A stretch of 64,000 nucleotides of DNA from the human T2T-CHM13v2.0 reference genome, Homo sapiens. Under the pieces are notes generated by a model, which was not told where the DNA came from, made no database searches, and saw only the letters and a list, made by a program, of their open reading frames with translations. The first letter of the stretch is position 1. Each line of letters opens with the position of its first letter. The position numbers and the translations under genes are program-made. This document shows positions 14,013-32,265 of this stretch, piece after piece. Location: NCBI RefSeq assembly GCF_009914755.1, contig NC_060942.1, one strand, 5' to 3'.

Positions 14013-14086
14013 TGAGTGACAATCATTTTTCTTAAGGCCTGGAAACGATTTTCTGTATGATGTTACTTTATGTGAATTCTCATCTC

Positions 14087-14092
14087 AATAAA
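14087..14092 (+). terminator. Downstream AATAAA, possible alternative poly(A) signal
   Basis: Canonical hexamer ~100 nt downstream of ATTAAA, with tgta upstream at ~14054. Confidence 0.4.
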
Positions 14093-16269
14093 TGATGACC
14101 CGTGAGCAGCCGTGGCATGTTCCTGGTGTCCCAGTGCACAGGCGGTGGAGGCCGCACCCGACACGCCAGCACACAGGGGGAGAGAGTGCGGCCGGGGCCT
14201 GTTTGCCGGAGCAAGTAGAGTAGAGTTTTTTTGAGAGAGAGTGTTCGTCAGTGAGAGCACTGAGCCCTTCACGGTGGCCTGCCCTGGTGCCGGGGAGGCT
14301 CAGCCATGAGCCTGCACCATGGGGCGTGAGCCCTGACCTTGTGGGGCAGCCAGGCCAGGGGCCATGGCAGAGACTTGCTAACTGGAGCATCGTCTTCCTT
14401 TCTCTGTTTCCCCTCAGTCTGCGGGGGATAATATCTCTCTTCTCTATGCCTCAGGCCAACCTAAGACTTGCTGAGAGAACAGTTTTTAAAGGGTTAGAGA
14501 ATCAGAGTGCATTGAAGGACACCGAGCTGAACAAGTTCCCACCAGAGCACCTGCTCTGCGCCACCCTGGGCTCTGGCCGCTGACACAGAAGGCAGGTGCA
14601 CGGTGGCCTTGCAGCTTGCATTTAGCTTGGGTTTTAGGCTGTGTTAACGATTGCCAAGAGCTGACAGAGGCAAAGCTCTGTCGAACACCTCTTGTGAACC
14701 AGATACCATGCAGAGCATCTTCCTGTGTGGTAGCACGTGCTCCCCAAACATGAGCCAGGTACAACTGCGAAACCCACCTGACAGATGAAGAAACTCAAGC
14801 TAGAAAAGATTAAATAACCCGTCCAAAGTCACACTGGCTAGCAAGTGCCAGAAGCCTCCAGAGCCCATGGGAGGTGGAAGGGCAGCACCCTCACCATGGC
14901 AGAGGAGCAGAGTCTGCTAGTGCCGAGACAGAGACTGGCCCGCCACCCGCTGTGGGAAGTGGAGAGGCTTGAGGGCACTGTTCCTGCCTGCTCTGGGGAT
15001 CTTGGTGACCAAAGACTTCAAGGGCAGAGGTTGCCCTCCAAGAGGACTGACCTGGACATCTGCGTGTTAGACCTTTACTGCTTCGCTGTACCCTGAGCAA
15101 TCTATATGCCCCGATTGGTGTAAGTTTCTCTAGACCCCTCCTTAAACTGGGTGGGTGGGACCCTGTCCTCCCCCAGGAAGAGCTGGCTGCAGCGGAGCTT
15201 CGAGTCTGTACTCAATGCCTCACATTCAGACTCCTCCTGGAGGATGGCCCCTCGCCATCCCACCCAGTTCTCTTTGCTAAGCTCCTAAGAGACTAGCAGG
15301 CTGCTATTTTTGTCTGTCCCTCTTCCAAATGATTTCTCCAGGATATAGGAATAGGGATGAAGACATATGGACCGCTGCACCCTTTGCGGGTGAGCTGGGC
15401 CCTGACCAGGGGAGTGTGGTGAAGCCCTTGGCCCTCCGTGATCATGGCGGCGTGGCTCTGGGCTCCAGTCCGTCAGCATGGGTGAAAAGACGGCTCATCT
15501 GAGCATGGCGAGGAAGTGACCTCAGATGTGTGAGTCTAATGACACCGCCACTTCCCAGTCATTCCCTGCGTCGTCATACCCCGGTCTCACATGGGAGCCA
15601 GTTGTTTTCAATCTCTTGGATTTTTATCTTTCTTTCACTTATTTCACCTTTTAGCGGAAACAGTGATAGAAAAAAAAAGGCACAGGCATTTTGTGGCTTT
15701 TTCAGATTTCCCACGAGGCCTCACAGCATGGTTGAGACCTGTTATTTCCAGTACACTGAGAAAGTCTCTGCCCCTCGCAAGCAAGAGAAGCCACCCTCTT
15801 GGCTGAGAGTCCTTCTCTGTCTTCTCGCAGTGCTCTGGGTTCCCCTCTGTTGTGGCATCCGGAACCCCCCAGACACTTCAAAGCCTGTGACTGCTCTGGA
15901 AGCTGATGGTCCTGCCCCTGGCACGGTCCCCCTCTAAGTCAGCTTCACAGCAGCACCTCATGATGCTTTTGTAACGTGTCAGCACAGCAAGACTGAGGTG
16001 TGTTTCCAGAATTCCATTCTCTGTATATTTCCAGATGGGGTGCGCTGCAGGGGTCATTTGGTGTAAGACGTAGAGGCAGAAGGGAAACAGCAGCCACATT
16101 GTTTTTACACTCAGAAAGTGGAGCAGCTGTGGGCCCCGCAGGTGAATAACAATGGTGTGAGCTCCTCCACCTCTCTCCTAAGGGCCCTCCTAGCCTCTGC
16201 TCACTGGGTCAAAACTCATGCCTGCATTTTTAGGTTTTGTTAAGGTATCCTAGTGCCAGGACTAAAACG

Positions 16270-16790
16270 TGCATTAGTTACCTTCTGCTGAATAACAAAT
16301 TGTCCCCAAAGTTGGAAACTTAACAATGAACATTTATTATCTCATACCATTTCTGTGGGTCAGAAGTTCAGAAATGATTTAGTTGGATGATTCTGGCTCA
16401 AAGATCGCTCGTGAGGTGGCCATCAAAATGGGTCAGGGCCGCAGTCATCTGAGAGCTTGACTGGAGCTGGAAATAAACTTCTAAGGTAGCTCAGTCACAG
16501 GCCTGGCAAAGTGCAACTGGCTGTTGATGGGAGGCCCCAGTTTCCCCCCATGTGGGCCTTTCCACAGCTGCTTAACTGTCCCCACAGCATGGCACTGGCT
16601 TCTTCCAGGGATTCAGAATGGAACAAGGCAGAAGCCACAATTTCTTGTATGATCTGGCCTTGGAAATTATATACTGTCATTGCCACAATATCCTATAGTT
16701 TCAAAAGTCAGTCCTATTCACTATGTGAGGGGACTGCACAAATACCAGGGCGTGGGGATCATTGGAGCCATCTGGGAGGTTGGCCACCAC
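16270..16790 (-). mobile_element. MaLR LTR (MLT1F/G/H-like)
   Basis: catttattatctcat...ttctgtgggtcag...gcagtcatctga...gggaggccccagtttc...ggatcattggagccatct. Confidence 0.75.
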
Positions 16791-17493
16791 CTGCTGGCCA
16801 GCTGCAGACCTCCCACATCAGCCAGCACCTCAGCATCTGCAGGCTGGTTGGCTGGAGCTTAGCAAATCTCATCCCTGGAACATGTGGCTTGCCAGTCAAG
16901 GCTCCTCCCATATACCATCCCCTCTGTCCTACTATGCGTTTTCATCCTAACACCTTCTACTGCGACAGTGCTCCAAGTCGTTTGTAGTATGCCCTAAGGA
17001 AACATTATTCCATTGTAAATAAACTTGATTAACACAGGCTTGATTAACGAGGCTGTCTTTCCCCGAACTCCACGGAAATGCTCCCTCTGAAACTTTCTCA
17101 AATAGAGGTAAGTCATTCTTTCATGTCTCAAAGATTTAATCAATTTCAACAACCACCCTCATACTCCACTTGAGCTGATGGTCACACCCTGCAGCCTGTC
17201 ACCTTGAACTGCCTGACCTCTGAAATCTTGAATAAACATGCCACATTCTGACTCCAGCCTCTTCAACTGCTAGCTTTATCTTTGCCTTATTCTTTTATTC
17301 TTGTTCTTTGTATTTATGAAAACCTTCAGCCCAATCCTGAGTGCTGCACCCTTTCTTACCTTTTCCACAGAACAACCCAAGCCCCATGATGTATCACTTC
17401 AACCAGTTTTGCTAACACCCTCTCAATGCCCTTGACACTTCATACTTCCATCATATCCACTCTACAAATGGTTAATTTTAGAGAAACTCTTCC

Positions 17494-22335
<4,842 letters not shown>

Positions 22336-22339
22336 TAAA

Positions 22340-23320
22340 GAAACCCATCCGGCTGCTTTCTTCAATACTCCAAGCTGTTGAGAGCAGCTAGGAAAAAAAA
22401 TTACCCAAATGAGTATCTTATTGCTGCTATAAATTCATGGTATCCATCTTTCTTTTTACACTCTTCATGGCCAATAATCTAAGGTTTCTCCACACTAAAG
22501 CTACCTATGCTATAGCAATGGCATTCTTCCCCGCTCCACAGGAAAAATAAGCTGTTCACCCTCATACCTGTTACGTTTCCACACCCATCCTCACCCCATT
22601 TTTGCCTAATTCAGAGAAACATCATTCATTTCCCTCCTTCAAAAGACAAGTCTTAAGAGCAGGAATGGTCTCTGAGGCCCCCTGGGCACGGAAGGTGCGG
22701 GTTGCTTCCTCTCCCCTGGGAGGTCCTTCTCACTGCCTCTGTATTTCACACCCCATTTCCCCAGGTGCTTGATCAGAGAACCTAAGCATTCTCAGACAAC
22801 CTCCTAAATATCTCATAGATCCATTCTGATCTCTCTAATTCCACTAGCAGGGTGCTTCCAAGCCTCATTTATCTGGTCTCTACCTGACTGGCAAACTCTT
22901 CTCCTAGTATTTGATCCTGTTCCTCCAATCCACCCTCCAGTCTGCACCCAGACTGATCCTTAGGAAAGCCAAATATGAGGCTGTCACTCATCCCTGCTTC
23001 CCACTCCCTGCCTTCCCAGTGGCTTTGAGACGAAGGTCTGGCTCTTCAGCCAGTCTCATATGGCCAGTCACCTCATTCCACTCCACTCCCTGCTAGGGGC
23101 TACAGTCCTCCTTCAGGTCCTCTGCATCTCATCTCTTTCTTATCTCAAAACACTGGCATATGCTCTGCCCTCAGCCTTGAAAGCAACTCCACCCTCTCTC
23201 CATCTCCTCCCCATATCCATCCTCCAGCTTTAGTGGCGTGACTTATCCCACAAACACAGGGCATGCAAGTTTCACTGTCAGAACCTTCTTCCAGTCAACT
23301 TATATCTGATTCCAGCCCTA
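22340..23320 (+). mobile_element. Degenerate L2 fragments (also ~17150-17480 on the other side of the L1)
   Basis: L2-like pyrimidine-rich motifs (gctataaattcatg, ctccagtctgcacccagactgatcctt...aaatatgaggctgtcactc); highly diverged. Confidence 0.5.
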
Positions 23321-24578
23321 TCATGCCAGGCTGGAGGAAAATTAGATCTCCGTCTTTCCTGAGGCTTTCACTCTACCCTACCCTCCAAATTTTACAGAAT
23401 CCTGGGGTCTTATGCCGGGAAGCCCCCAGCGTCCAGTCAGCGTTCATCAGTCTGCCTCTGCCTGTGATTGCCTGGAAACCCCTGTCCAGTCCGTGTGGTC
23501 ATGGGACCTGCAGGCTCCACTGTTTCCTGGAGCTGCCTGGACCACAGGACACTGGGGAAGGCGGGGCAGCCGGGTGGCCAGAGCCCTGCCCTCTGTGTGC
23601 ACCACCCAGACAGCCTCTCTGGGGTCCTGCCACCTCCTGGGGTTGCAAGGACAGATGGCTGCATAGTTCGTTTGTTCTCTCTCCACAGTCCTGAGACATT
23701 GTTTCTCTCTTGTGCAACATCTCCCAGTCTCTCTCTCTCCCCGTTGGGGACACCTGTAACAACTATTTCCGTGTGCTCTCCTCCCACTAACAAAGGTCCT
23801 GGAAGCTAAGACTCAGAAAGCCTCACTTCCTGCTTCCAGGGGGAAAGGGAAATGATAACAGAAAGGAAACACCAACTCAGAAAGGTATCCTGCCTCATTC
23901 CAGAGAGCCTTCCCTGGCCCTGCAGGCTACGCTCACTGATCTGTCTCTTAGGACTCTTCTCCTTCCTTTCTAAAGCTCAGTGTCCCCGTATCCACATGTT
24001 CAACGTCTGAGTCACCCACCAGACTGGAAGCCCTGTAGGGCCCGGAGCCTCACACAGTGCCTGCCACTTTGTGTTTATTAGTACTGGTAGAATAAGTGGA
24101 CAAAGGCAGGAATCAGCAGACAGTATACTTGCTAGCCCTTTTGTCTGCACAGGCAAAACCTATATACTTGGAAAATCTGTTCTGGGTTTTGACAAACTCT
24201 GAAACACCCAGAAAAAAAAAAAATGCTTGCTCTTTCTTGAGAAACTGCTGTAAAGCCCAGGCTAGAAAGGATAAAGGAATCGATTACTGGTCTTGGTCCT
24301 GATAGAAAAAATTGTGGAAAGCCAAAGGAAAGGTACCTGTTTTAAAGGAAGGGAGCTTAAAATGCAGGCAAACAGCAGACAACATGTCATCGTCACTTGT
24401 TTTTATTCTAGCTAATGGTGTTTAAGTGGCTGCGGTGATACAGTGTCTCAGCCCTGGATGACACACACTCTGTAAAGGGAAGTCTGAAGTGTGGGAGCAA
24501 CCACTGCGCATTCTATTGTGTCCCACATCAGAATAACAACTCTTACCTCCTCTCCAGCACTCTTGCTTAGGGGAGCGG

Positions 24579-25028
24579 TGGTGGTTTCAAAATAGGTCCA
24601 CAAATTCTCTGCTGAACCTCCCTGCAAGAGGTGGAGTCTAATTCCCATCTTCTTGAATATGGGCTGGACTGAGTGACTCAATTGTAACAAGGAGGACAAA
24701 GTGGAATGAAGGTGTACAATTCCAGGATGAGGTCATGAGAAGGCACAGGGGTGAATGCCCCTTTGGAGAAGCCCCACAGATGAGGAACCGAGGCCTCCAA
24801 CCAACTGCCAGCGAGGACCCAGCAGTCATAGACTGAGTGGGAAATGGATCCTCCAGCCCCAGGCAATCCAATGACCTGAGCCCCAGCCTACACCTTGACT
24901 GCAAGCCCATGAGAGACACTGCACCAGAGCCTCCCACCCAAACCATACTGACTCCCGGCTCTCCAAAACTGTGTAAGGTCACTAATATTTGTTATTTTAA
25001 GCTGTGAGATTTGGGGGTAATTCTGTAC
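24579..25028 (+). mobile_element. MaLR LTR (MLT1F-like)
   Basis: aagaggtggagtctaattcc...ggatcctccagcccc...ttgactgcaa...tttgttattttaagctg...ttggggtaatt. Confidence 0.75.
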
Positions 25029-25156
25029 CTCTGACTTAGGCTCTAATTCTGGCATCCAGTTCTGGAGGTTCCAGAGAGAGGTACTTCTAGCCTAGAAACT
25101 TAAAGGTGTAGGTCAAAGTTCCTTATAGTCCAGGTTCTGGAAACTTCTACCCATGG

Positions 25157-25286
25157 GGTATTTCCCCAAGTATGGTACAAAAGATGATTGTAGATGGTGT
25201 AAAGATGAGCATTTATTTTCATAACACTTCTGAATTTAGTTTACTATGTATTGGAAAGTGCTGGTTTTCCACTTTGGAAAAGTGAT
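25157..25286. mobile_element. MER113-like hAT-Charlie element, left part
   Basis: tttccccaag...ggtacaaaagatgatt...ctggttttccact...gtgat; appears to continue at 27271. Confidence 0.5.
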
Positions 25287-26671
25287 GGATTTCTTAGTGT
25301 CTAAGGGGAATTTGTGCAGGAAAAGGAATGCACACTAGTAACTGTAATTTAGGCAATGTACCAATTATTAATCTTTGGAATTTATTAGATAATTAGCATT
25401 CTTTGAGATATTAAATAATCAACACCGTCCTAAATATATATACTTACTTACAACTAATAAATAAAAAATTATGGATTTAACAAAACAAATTTTCCCAATC
25501 AATAAAAACCTAGATTGCAAACTTAACCCAGCACTTTCAGGCATTTAATTAAAATTTCAATTCTAACATATTAACTTCCTTCGATGTTCTAATACCCTTC
25601 AAATGCAAACTGGTCTCACACATGAAAAATAGATTACTAAATTGATTAATACCCTTACTCCAAAAGCAGTTACGACGATGTGGATACCAAGACTTTAATC
25701 AGTGTCCTTTTTTGATCCTCTTCTCCTTGTATATTTTCACTGTTACATTCTTTACATTGTCCTAAGATTTCAGTAACTACGAGTTCAGTAACTCCTATTT
25801 TTCACCTTTCTGGAATTTCACAAATTTTACCAGACTCCAAAGTAAGAGAATATTTTCTTGATCCCGCTGGGACTTGGCAGGTCTCGTTTGGGTGACCTGT
25901 TGATTTTTGGTCAGGACATGGTTATGTAGACCAAGCAGATTCAAACCTGAGCTTGGCCATCAGGATGTTTCTTTTTATTACAAAGAAGCTGCACTGGTTA
26001 TACCCTGGGACTTCTATGTTCCTGTCTTCCTTAATGATGGTAACTTTGGAGACTTGGTGTCTTTCCCGGGAATGAAATGGTCTTTAAGTTTTGTATTTGA
26101 CCTCTCCTTATTGTCCAATAATTATGATTTATTATTCTGGTCTATTAGCATAATTGGAAGTTTATGGGCACATGTCTTATTAGTATCTCTTTATAATTAG
26201 TAGAGTTATCCGGAGGTTTCCCCCTTTGAGAAAAGATGGAGTAAGTCTGGAGCTGGCTCATTCTTCTTTTAAGGACATTTGACATCTGCGTTCTGCAGGA
26301 ACGCATATTTGACTCCTCTTTAATTGGTTAGTGTGTGAGAGCAGCAAGGCTGACCAACAGGTGGGTTACTTCCCATCTGCCATCCACACGTTCCTCGTCA
26401 TGACACCATTCCTTTTTATGCTGCCATGATTTTAACTGACTCACCAATTTCAGGTCACTCTTTCCTGCTCATGCTGGTCCATCAAGGTATCTGCTAAATA
26501 GACATGTGTTTACCAAAGACACAGGACACCCATAGACAGCAGCACTTTTCCACTATTGAAAATAATAAGGATGAGGCATATTCTATTAAACTCACTCTTT
26601 CTTTAAATCACTCCATTTTTAATACTTAATATTACCTGTCCTGAAATTCTTTTCTTGCCCCCAAATATACC

Positions 26672-26998
26672 TGCAGGCTGTACAGGAAACATAGCGGCTT
26701 CTGCTTCTGGTGAGGCCTCAGGAAGCTTCCAATCATGGCGGAAGGCAAAGAGGGGAGGAGGCATCTCACAGGGCCGGAGCAGGAGGAAGAGAGGTTGGGG
26801 GAGGTGCTACACTGTTAAACAACCAGGTCTCATGAGAACTCACGAACTGTCACGAGACAGCACCAAGGGCACAGCGCTAAACCATTCATGAAGGATCCAC
26901 CCCCATGATCCAATCACCTCCCACCAGGCCCCACCTCCAACATTGGGGATTACAGTTCCCCACGAGGTTTGGTGGGGATACAGAACCAAATCCTATCA
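26672..26998 (-). mobile_element. MSTB/MSTA LTR (partial)
   Basis: gcttctggtgaggcctcaggaagctt...catgatccaatcacctcccaccaggccccacctccaaca...tatca. Confidence 0.85.
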
Positions 26999-27270
26999 AC
27001 CTTCAACGGAGTCTTACTTTCTTTCAGTTGGAGAATGATGTTAGAGACCAAAATCTGGGTCCCAGGCATGTGTGTGAGCTGTGGTGTTGGAAAAATGCTG
27101 TTTCTGATGTTGCTATTGGAACATTTTTTCTAAGAGTTGTCATTTCTTTTAAAATCGTATCTTCACATTGACTTAATATGAACTGGTGTATGATTATATT
27201 AGCAGATCTTTCTAATAGCATGAGTCCACCAACCACCAAGACATTCTCTCTAGGATTGATGTGCTATAGA

Positions 27271-27417
27271 GATATAGTTTCCTTTTGAAATACATTATTT
27301 AACATCAAAAAGTGAAACGGTTAAAAAATACGTTGCAAATATTAGTACAGGCAGTACTGGAATATGACAAGCAACTTGAGTGTGAACTGTGAACGAGCAA
27401 AGCTAAGCAACAACCGC
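27271..27417. mobile_element. MER113-like element, right part
   Basis: gatatagtttccttttgaaata...aaaaagtga...tagtacagg...atatgacaa resembles the recalled MER113 3' portion. Confidence 0.5.
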
Positions 27418-27479
27418 AGAGCAAGCTCTGAACTTGCTCACTGGTCTGACCACCTGGGAGGCCCTCTCATGCAACATGT

Positions 27480-27918
27480 TGGATTGAGTTCCAGGGTTGC
27501 CACAGCAAAACATCATAGGCTCGGGCTGGAAACAGCAGAAACGTATTGTCTCAGCTCTGAAGGCTGAAGTCCACAGTTAGGGTACAAGCAGCGCCTTGCT
27601 CCCTTGAAACCTGTTGGGGAGACTTTTCCTTGCCTCCTCCGAGCTTCCGGTGTGGCTGGCCATCCTTGGAGTCCTTGGTTTGCAGTTGCGGTGCTTCAGT
27701 CACTGCCTCTGTCTTCACATAGCCGTCTCCCCTGCATGTCTGTGTGTTTCCGTGTCTCTTCTCCTTTTACAGGACGCCAGTCATATTGGATTAAGGGCCC
27801 ATCCTATTTCATCTTAACTAATTACATCTACACTTATTTCCAAATAAGGTCGCATTTACAGGCACTGGGGTGACAACTTCAACATACCTTTTTTAGGAGC
27901 ATAATTCAATCCATAACA
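27480..27918 (-). mobile_element. MLT1C-like LTR
   Basis: ggccatccttggagtccttgg...cagtcatattggattaagggccca...ttccaaataaggtc...aattcaatccataaca. Confidence 0.8.
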
Positions 27919-28405
27919 ACAGGCCTGTCAGGGAGCAGAGCTCAGCCTTGGCCCGATGCACATTCTAGGTCTGCCCTTCACTCAAGGTCTGCAAGTGCAG
28001 AGGCTGCAGGTGTTGAGGTTAGAGACGCTCATCCCGGCTCTGTGTGGGCCCCAGGTTCATGCCACAGGCCTCAAGCCCATCTTCAGCCTCTGGGCTGGAC
28101 CACAGGGGCCACAGCTTTCTCCTTTTGGTCATCAGGGCAGGATCTCAACCGGAGGGTTGTTGGCTGATCAGAATTCAAACTGAGAGTGGAGAGGTAGTTT
28201 GGAAGAAGAAACTTATTTCTACCTTAGAGTTTCCTCAACTATAAAATGAAGGTTTTAGGCTAATTCAGAGGTTTTCCAACTTCACTGTGAGGAGTGACCT
28301 CAAGGTCACGTGCAGAAAGAGTGGAGGCTGAGTTCCACGAGAGCGATACTTTCTGTTCTTTCTCCATTTGTGCAACTGTCTGCTCTATACCAAAATCAAG
28401 CCTAG

Positions 28406-28769
<364 letters not shown>

Positions 28770-29109
28770 TAAATAAGCCCATGATATATATGCTCTCCCC
28801 ACTTTTTAGAGCGAAACAGACTCAGAATAACTTTTCGAGGTCACTTGAATGTTGCCTGAGATTCGTTCAATCGGTGTGTGTTTTGTATTTTGTTTGGCAG
28901 CAATGAGCAAAGTGGTCTCAGTTCCCACCCCCGGGGAATGAACAATCTAGTCAAGGAAGAAATTTTAAAACCACAAAAGTGAATAAATTACAGGTCGCAG
29001 AGAACACTGTACAGATGGGGCACATGGAGGACATAAGCCAAGTTCAGATGATGGGTCTGATGACGGCCTCTGTGAGGTTGTCAGGGGAAAGCAGCCCAGG
29101 CCGGGCGCC

Positions 29110-30215
29110 TGGAGAAGTGCAGGAATTGGAACCCTCTGCGCCGCTGGTGGGAAGGCGAGTGGTCCCTCCGCGGTGGGAAACAGTGCCGTGTTTCCTCAGA
29201 AACGCTAAATGGAGAAGCATCGCATGATCCAGCAATTGCACTTCTGGGTATTTGCCCAGAAAAACTGAAAGTAGGGAGTCGAAGAGATATTGGTTGGTAG
29301 AGTTTGGATGTTTGTCCCCACCCAAATCTCATGTTGAGATGTGATCCCCAGGGCTGGAGGTGGGGCCTGGTGGGAGGTGTTTGGGTCATGGGGACAGATC
29401 CCTCATGGCTTGGTGCTGGCCTAGAGATAGCAGGTAAGTTCTCATGAGCTCTGGTTGTTTAAAAAGTGTGCGACACCTCCACAGCCCCCACCGTTGCCCC
29501 TGCTTTCGCCATGTGACGTGCCTGCTCCCGTTTCGACTTCCACCATAGTCAAAGCTCCCCGAGGCCTCTCCAGAAGCTGAGCAGATGCTGGCACCATGCT
29601 TCGTGTACAGCCTGCAGAACTGTGAGCCCATTAAACTTCTTTTCTTTATAAATCACTCAGTCTTGGGTATTCCTTTATAGCAATGCAAGGACAGCCCAAC
29701 ACATTGGCACACCCATGTTGATAGCAGCATTGCTCACAATAGTCAACAGGTGGAAACAAGCCAAGTTTCCATTGGTGGAAGAAAGGATTTTTAAAATGGG
29801 GATATACACATACAGGAATACTATTACTGTTCAACCTTAAAAAGGAAGGAAATTGTGACTTCTGCTACAACATGGATGAACTTGAAGGCATTATGCTGAG
29901 TGAAGTGAGCCAGTCACAAAAGATCGAATACTGTCTGATCCCCCTGGCGTGATGTCCTGAGAGCAGTCACGTTCCTACAGGTAGAAAATAGAGTGGCGGC
30001 CACCAGGGGCTGGGGGATGGGTGGGCTAAGAGGGTTCGTGTTTGACGGGTACAGAGTTTCACTTTGGGAGGATGAAAAAGTTCTGGAGAAGGATTGGTGA
30101 CAGTTGCACGACAATATGAATTTACTTAATGCCACTGAAGTGTCCACGTAAATGATATAAATGGTGAATTTTATGTTATGTGTATTTTAGCACAATGATA
30201 TAAAACAAAATACTT
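29110..30215 (+). mobile_element. L1MB-like 3' region, interrupted by MSTB
   Basis: atgatccagcaattgcacttctgggtat...cacacccatgtt...catggatgaacttgaaggcattatgct...atggtgaattttatgttatg. Confidence 0.85.
29295..29703 (+). mobile_element. MSTB solo LTR
   Basis: tggtagagtttggatgtttgtcccc...cctgcagaactgtgagcc...aacaca; 5-bp TSD ttggt/ttggc. Confidence 0.88.
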
Positions 30216-31388
30216 TTCTCCCTCCTGTTCAGGTGAAGGCAGTGCCTCAGAGTAAAGGAGCGATCTCCCAGCCCTGGGCCTGCACAGCTCACAGGCGGCC
30301 TTCTGTGCTGGTGACAGCCTCCCTCGTGGGTCCCCTCTCCTCACTGTTCCCAGGCCCGGTTCCAGTCACAGCCTTGCCCCTGCAGGGCCCTCCGGCTCTG
30401 GAGAAAACAGTCTGAAAATCCCTGGGCCTTGGATTTCCTCTGCATGTAAGTCCCATGGGTTGAGGGTTTGCCTGGGCAGGCTTTGAAGTGTCTGGATTTT
30501 TCTCAGCCCGGAAGAGAAACGCTGATGACTCATGGGACAGGGGCAGGACATTTGCTTGTGGAAATCTAAGCCCTCTCATCAGTTTGGATCATCCCAGCTC
30601 ACCATGGCCACAGCAGCCCCCGGGTCTGCACTGTCCCTCGGGTGGGAGCTCGTCCTTAAGGAAACATCTGTGTCCGTGTAGGCAGCATGTGTGAGCATCA
30701 GCTCCAAACCACCAGGATAACAGGTCCTATTACGAAGCCTTCCCTTCTCTGTGGGGCTGTCTCTTCCACATCGCCCCCCTTTAGGAAGGGGTGGGTAGGC
30801 TTCTGCAATGAAAGGGCTGGCACCAGGTCTCTGTCTCTGACCCTGGCGTGAGCTTCCAGTGCTTTCTCTTGTGCCAGTGCTGAGCTGGAGCCCACTGAAT
30901 TAAAGATCTGAGTTAGGGGAGCTGTGTGACCATGATTGCCCCCGCATGTGCTGCTGGGATCGGGGAGCACCTGACCCTGCTCACCTTTTCCCGTAAGAGA
31001 AGCGGGGCCAGCCCCTCAGCCCTCTCTAGTTGTTCGAATCTAAATGTACCATTTAAGTCATGGGTGATCCCTAGAAACCCATTTTCACTGGGTGCTTCTC
31101 AAGACTATTTGGGAAAAGAACAGGACAGTGACTCAAAACCAGAGACTGTATTCCCAAGCGCCCCATGCCTCCTGTCAAACAGAAATGAAACCAAACTAGC
31201 CACAGCCAACTGGGGGGGCTCTTCCCTGCCTCAGTTTCCTTGCCTGTTGAAGGCACACACAAACATGTATGTGGTGTGGAACAAAATGAAATAGGAAGCT
31301 GTGGTGAAAATTAAAAGAGCTATGCAGATGTAAAATGCAGCCACTGTGAGTATTCGAGGTAAGGAATTATACCTACAAAAGACGCTCA

Positions 31389-31694
<306 letters not shown>

Positions 31695-32159
31695 TCACAT
31701 GGATAGATGGATAGAGTGAAAAGTGTGGTAAGTGAAATACTAACTATTATAACTAACAACCGTGGGCAGGCAGAGGGGGCTGGTGCTCTTCCCTGCTGTG
31801 TCTGGGCTGCAAGGAGGCCGGTGATGACTCAGGCTGGAGGGGCCCTCGACCCTCGGTTATCAAGAGCACCCAGCGGGGTCCTGTAAACAGTGGCAATGCC
31901 ACAGCCCTGGCCACACGCTGCTTGGCAGCCCATGTAGGTTTGCTGTTGGTTCATTAAAGCAACATTAAGATGCCCTTTATCCCTCTCTGTTAACACAGAT
32001 AATCGAATGAAAATGTAATTGCCACAGCTAACTCAATTAAAAGCATTTCTGAAAGTTGCCCCTTGCTCCTGGTGTATTGAAGACTAGATTTGGAGCCACT
32101 TGCCCCCATGGTGGACTGTGCCATTTACTCCCCCAAAGGACCCCAGGAAACCAACGTAA

Positions 32160-32265
32160 TCAGCCCCATTTTACAAGTGAAGAAACTGATGTTCTGGGAG
32201 GGTGAGTGGCCTCCCTGAGGCTGCACGGCTGCACAGGGGCAGCTGCAGGATTTGAACTCAGGCTG
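32160..32265 (-). mobile_element. MIR fragment
   Basis: ccccattttacaagtgaagaaactga...ggatttgaactcagg core. Confidence 0.65.
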
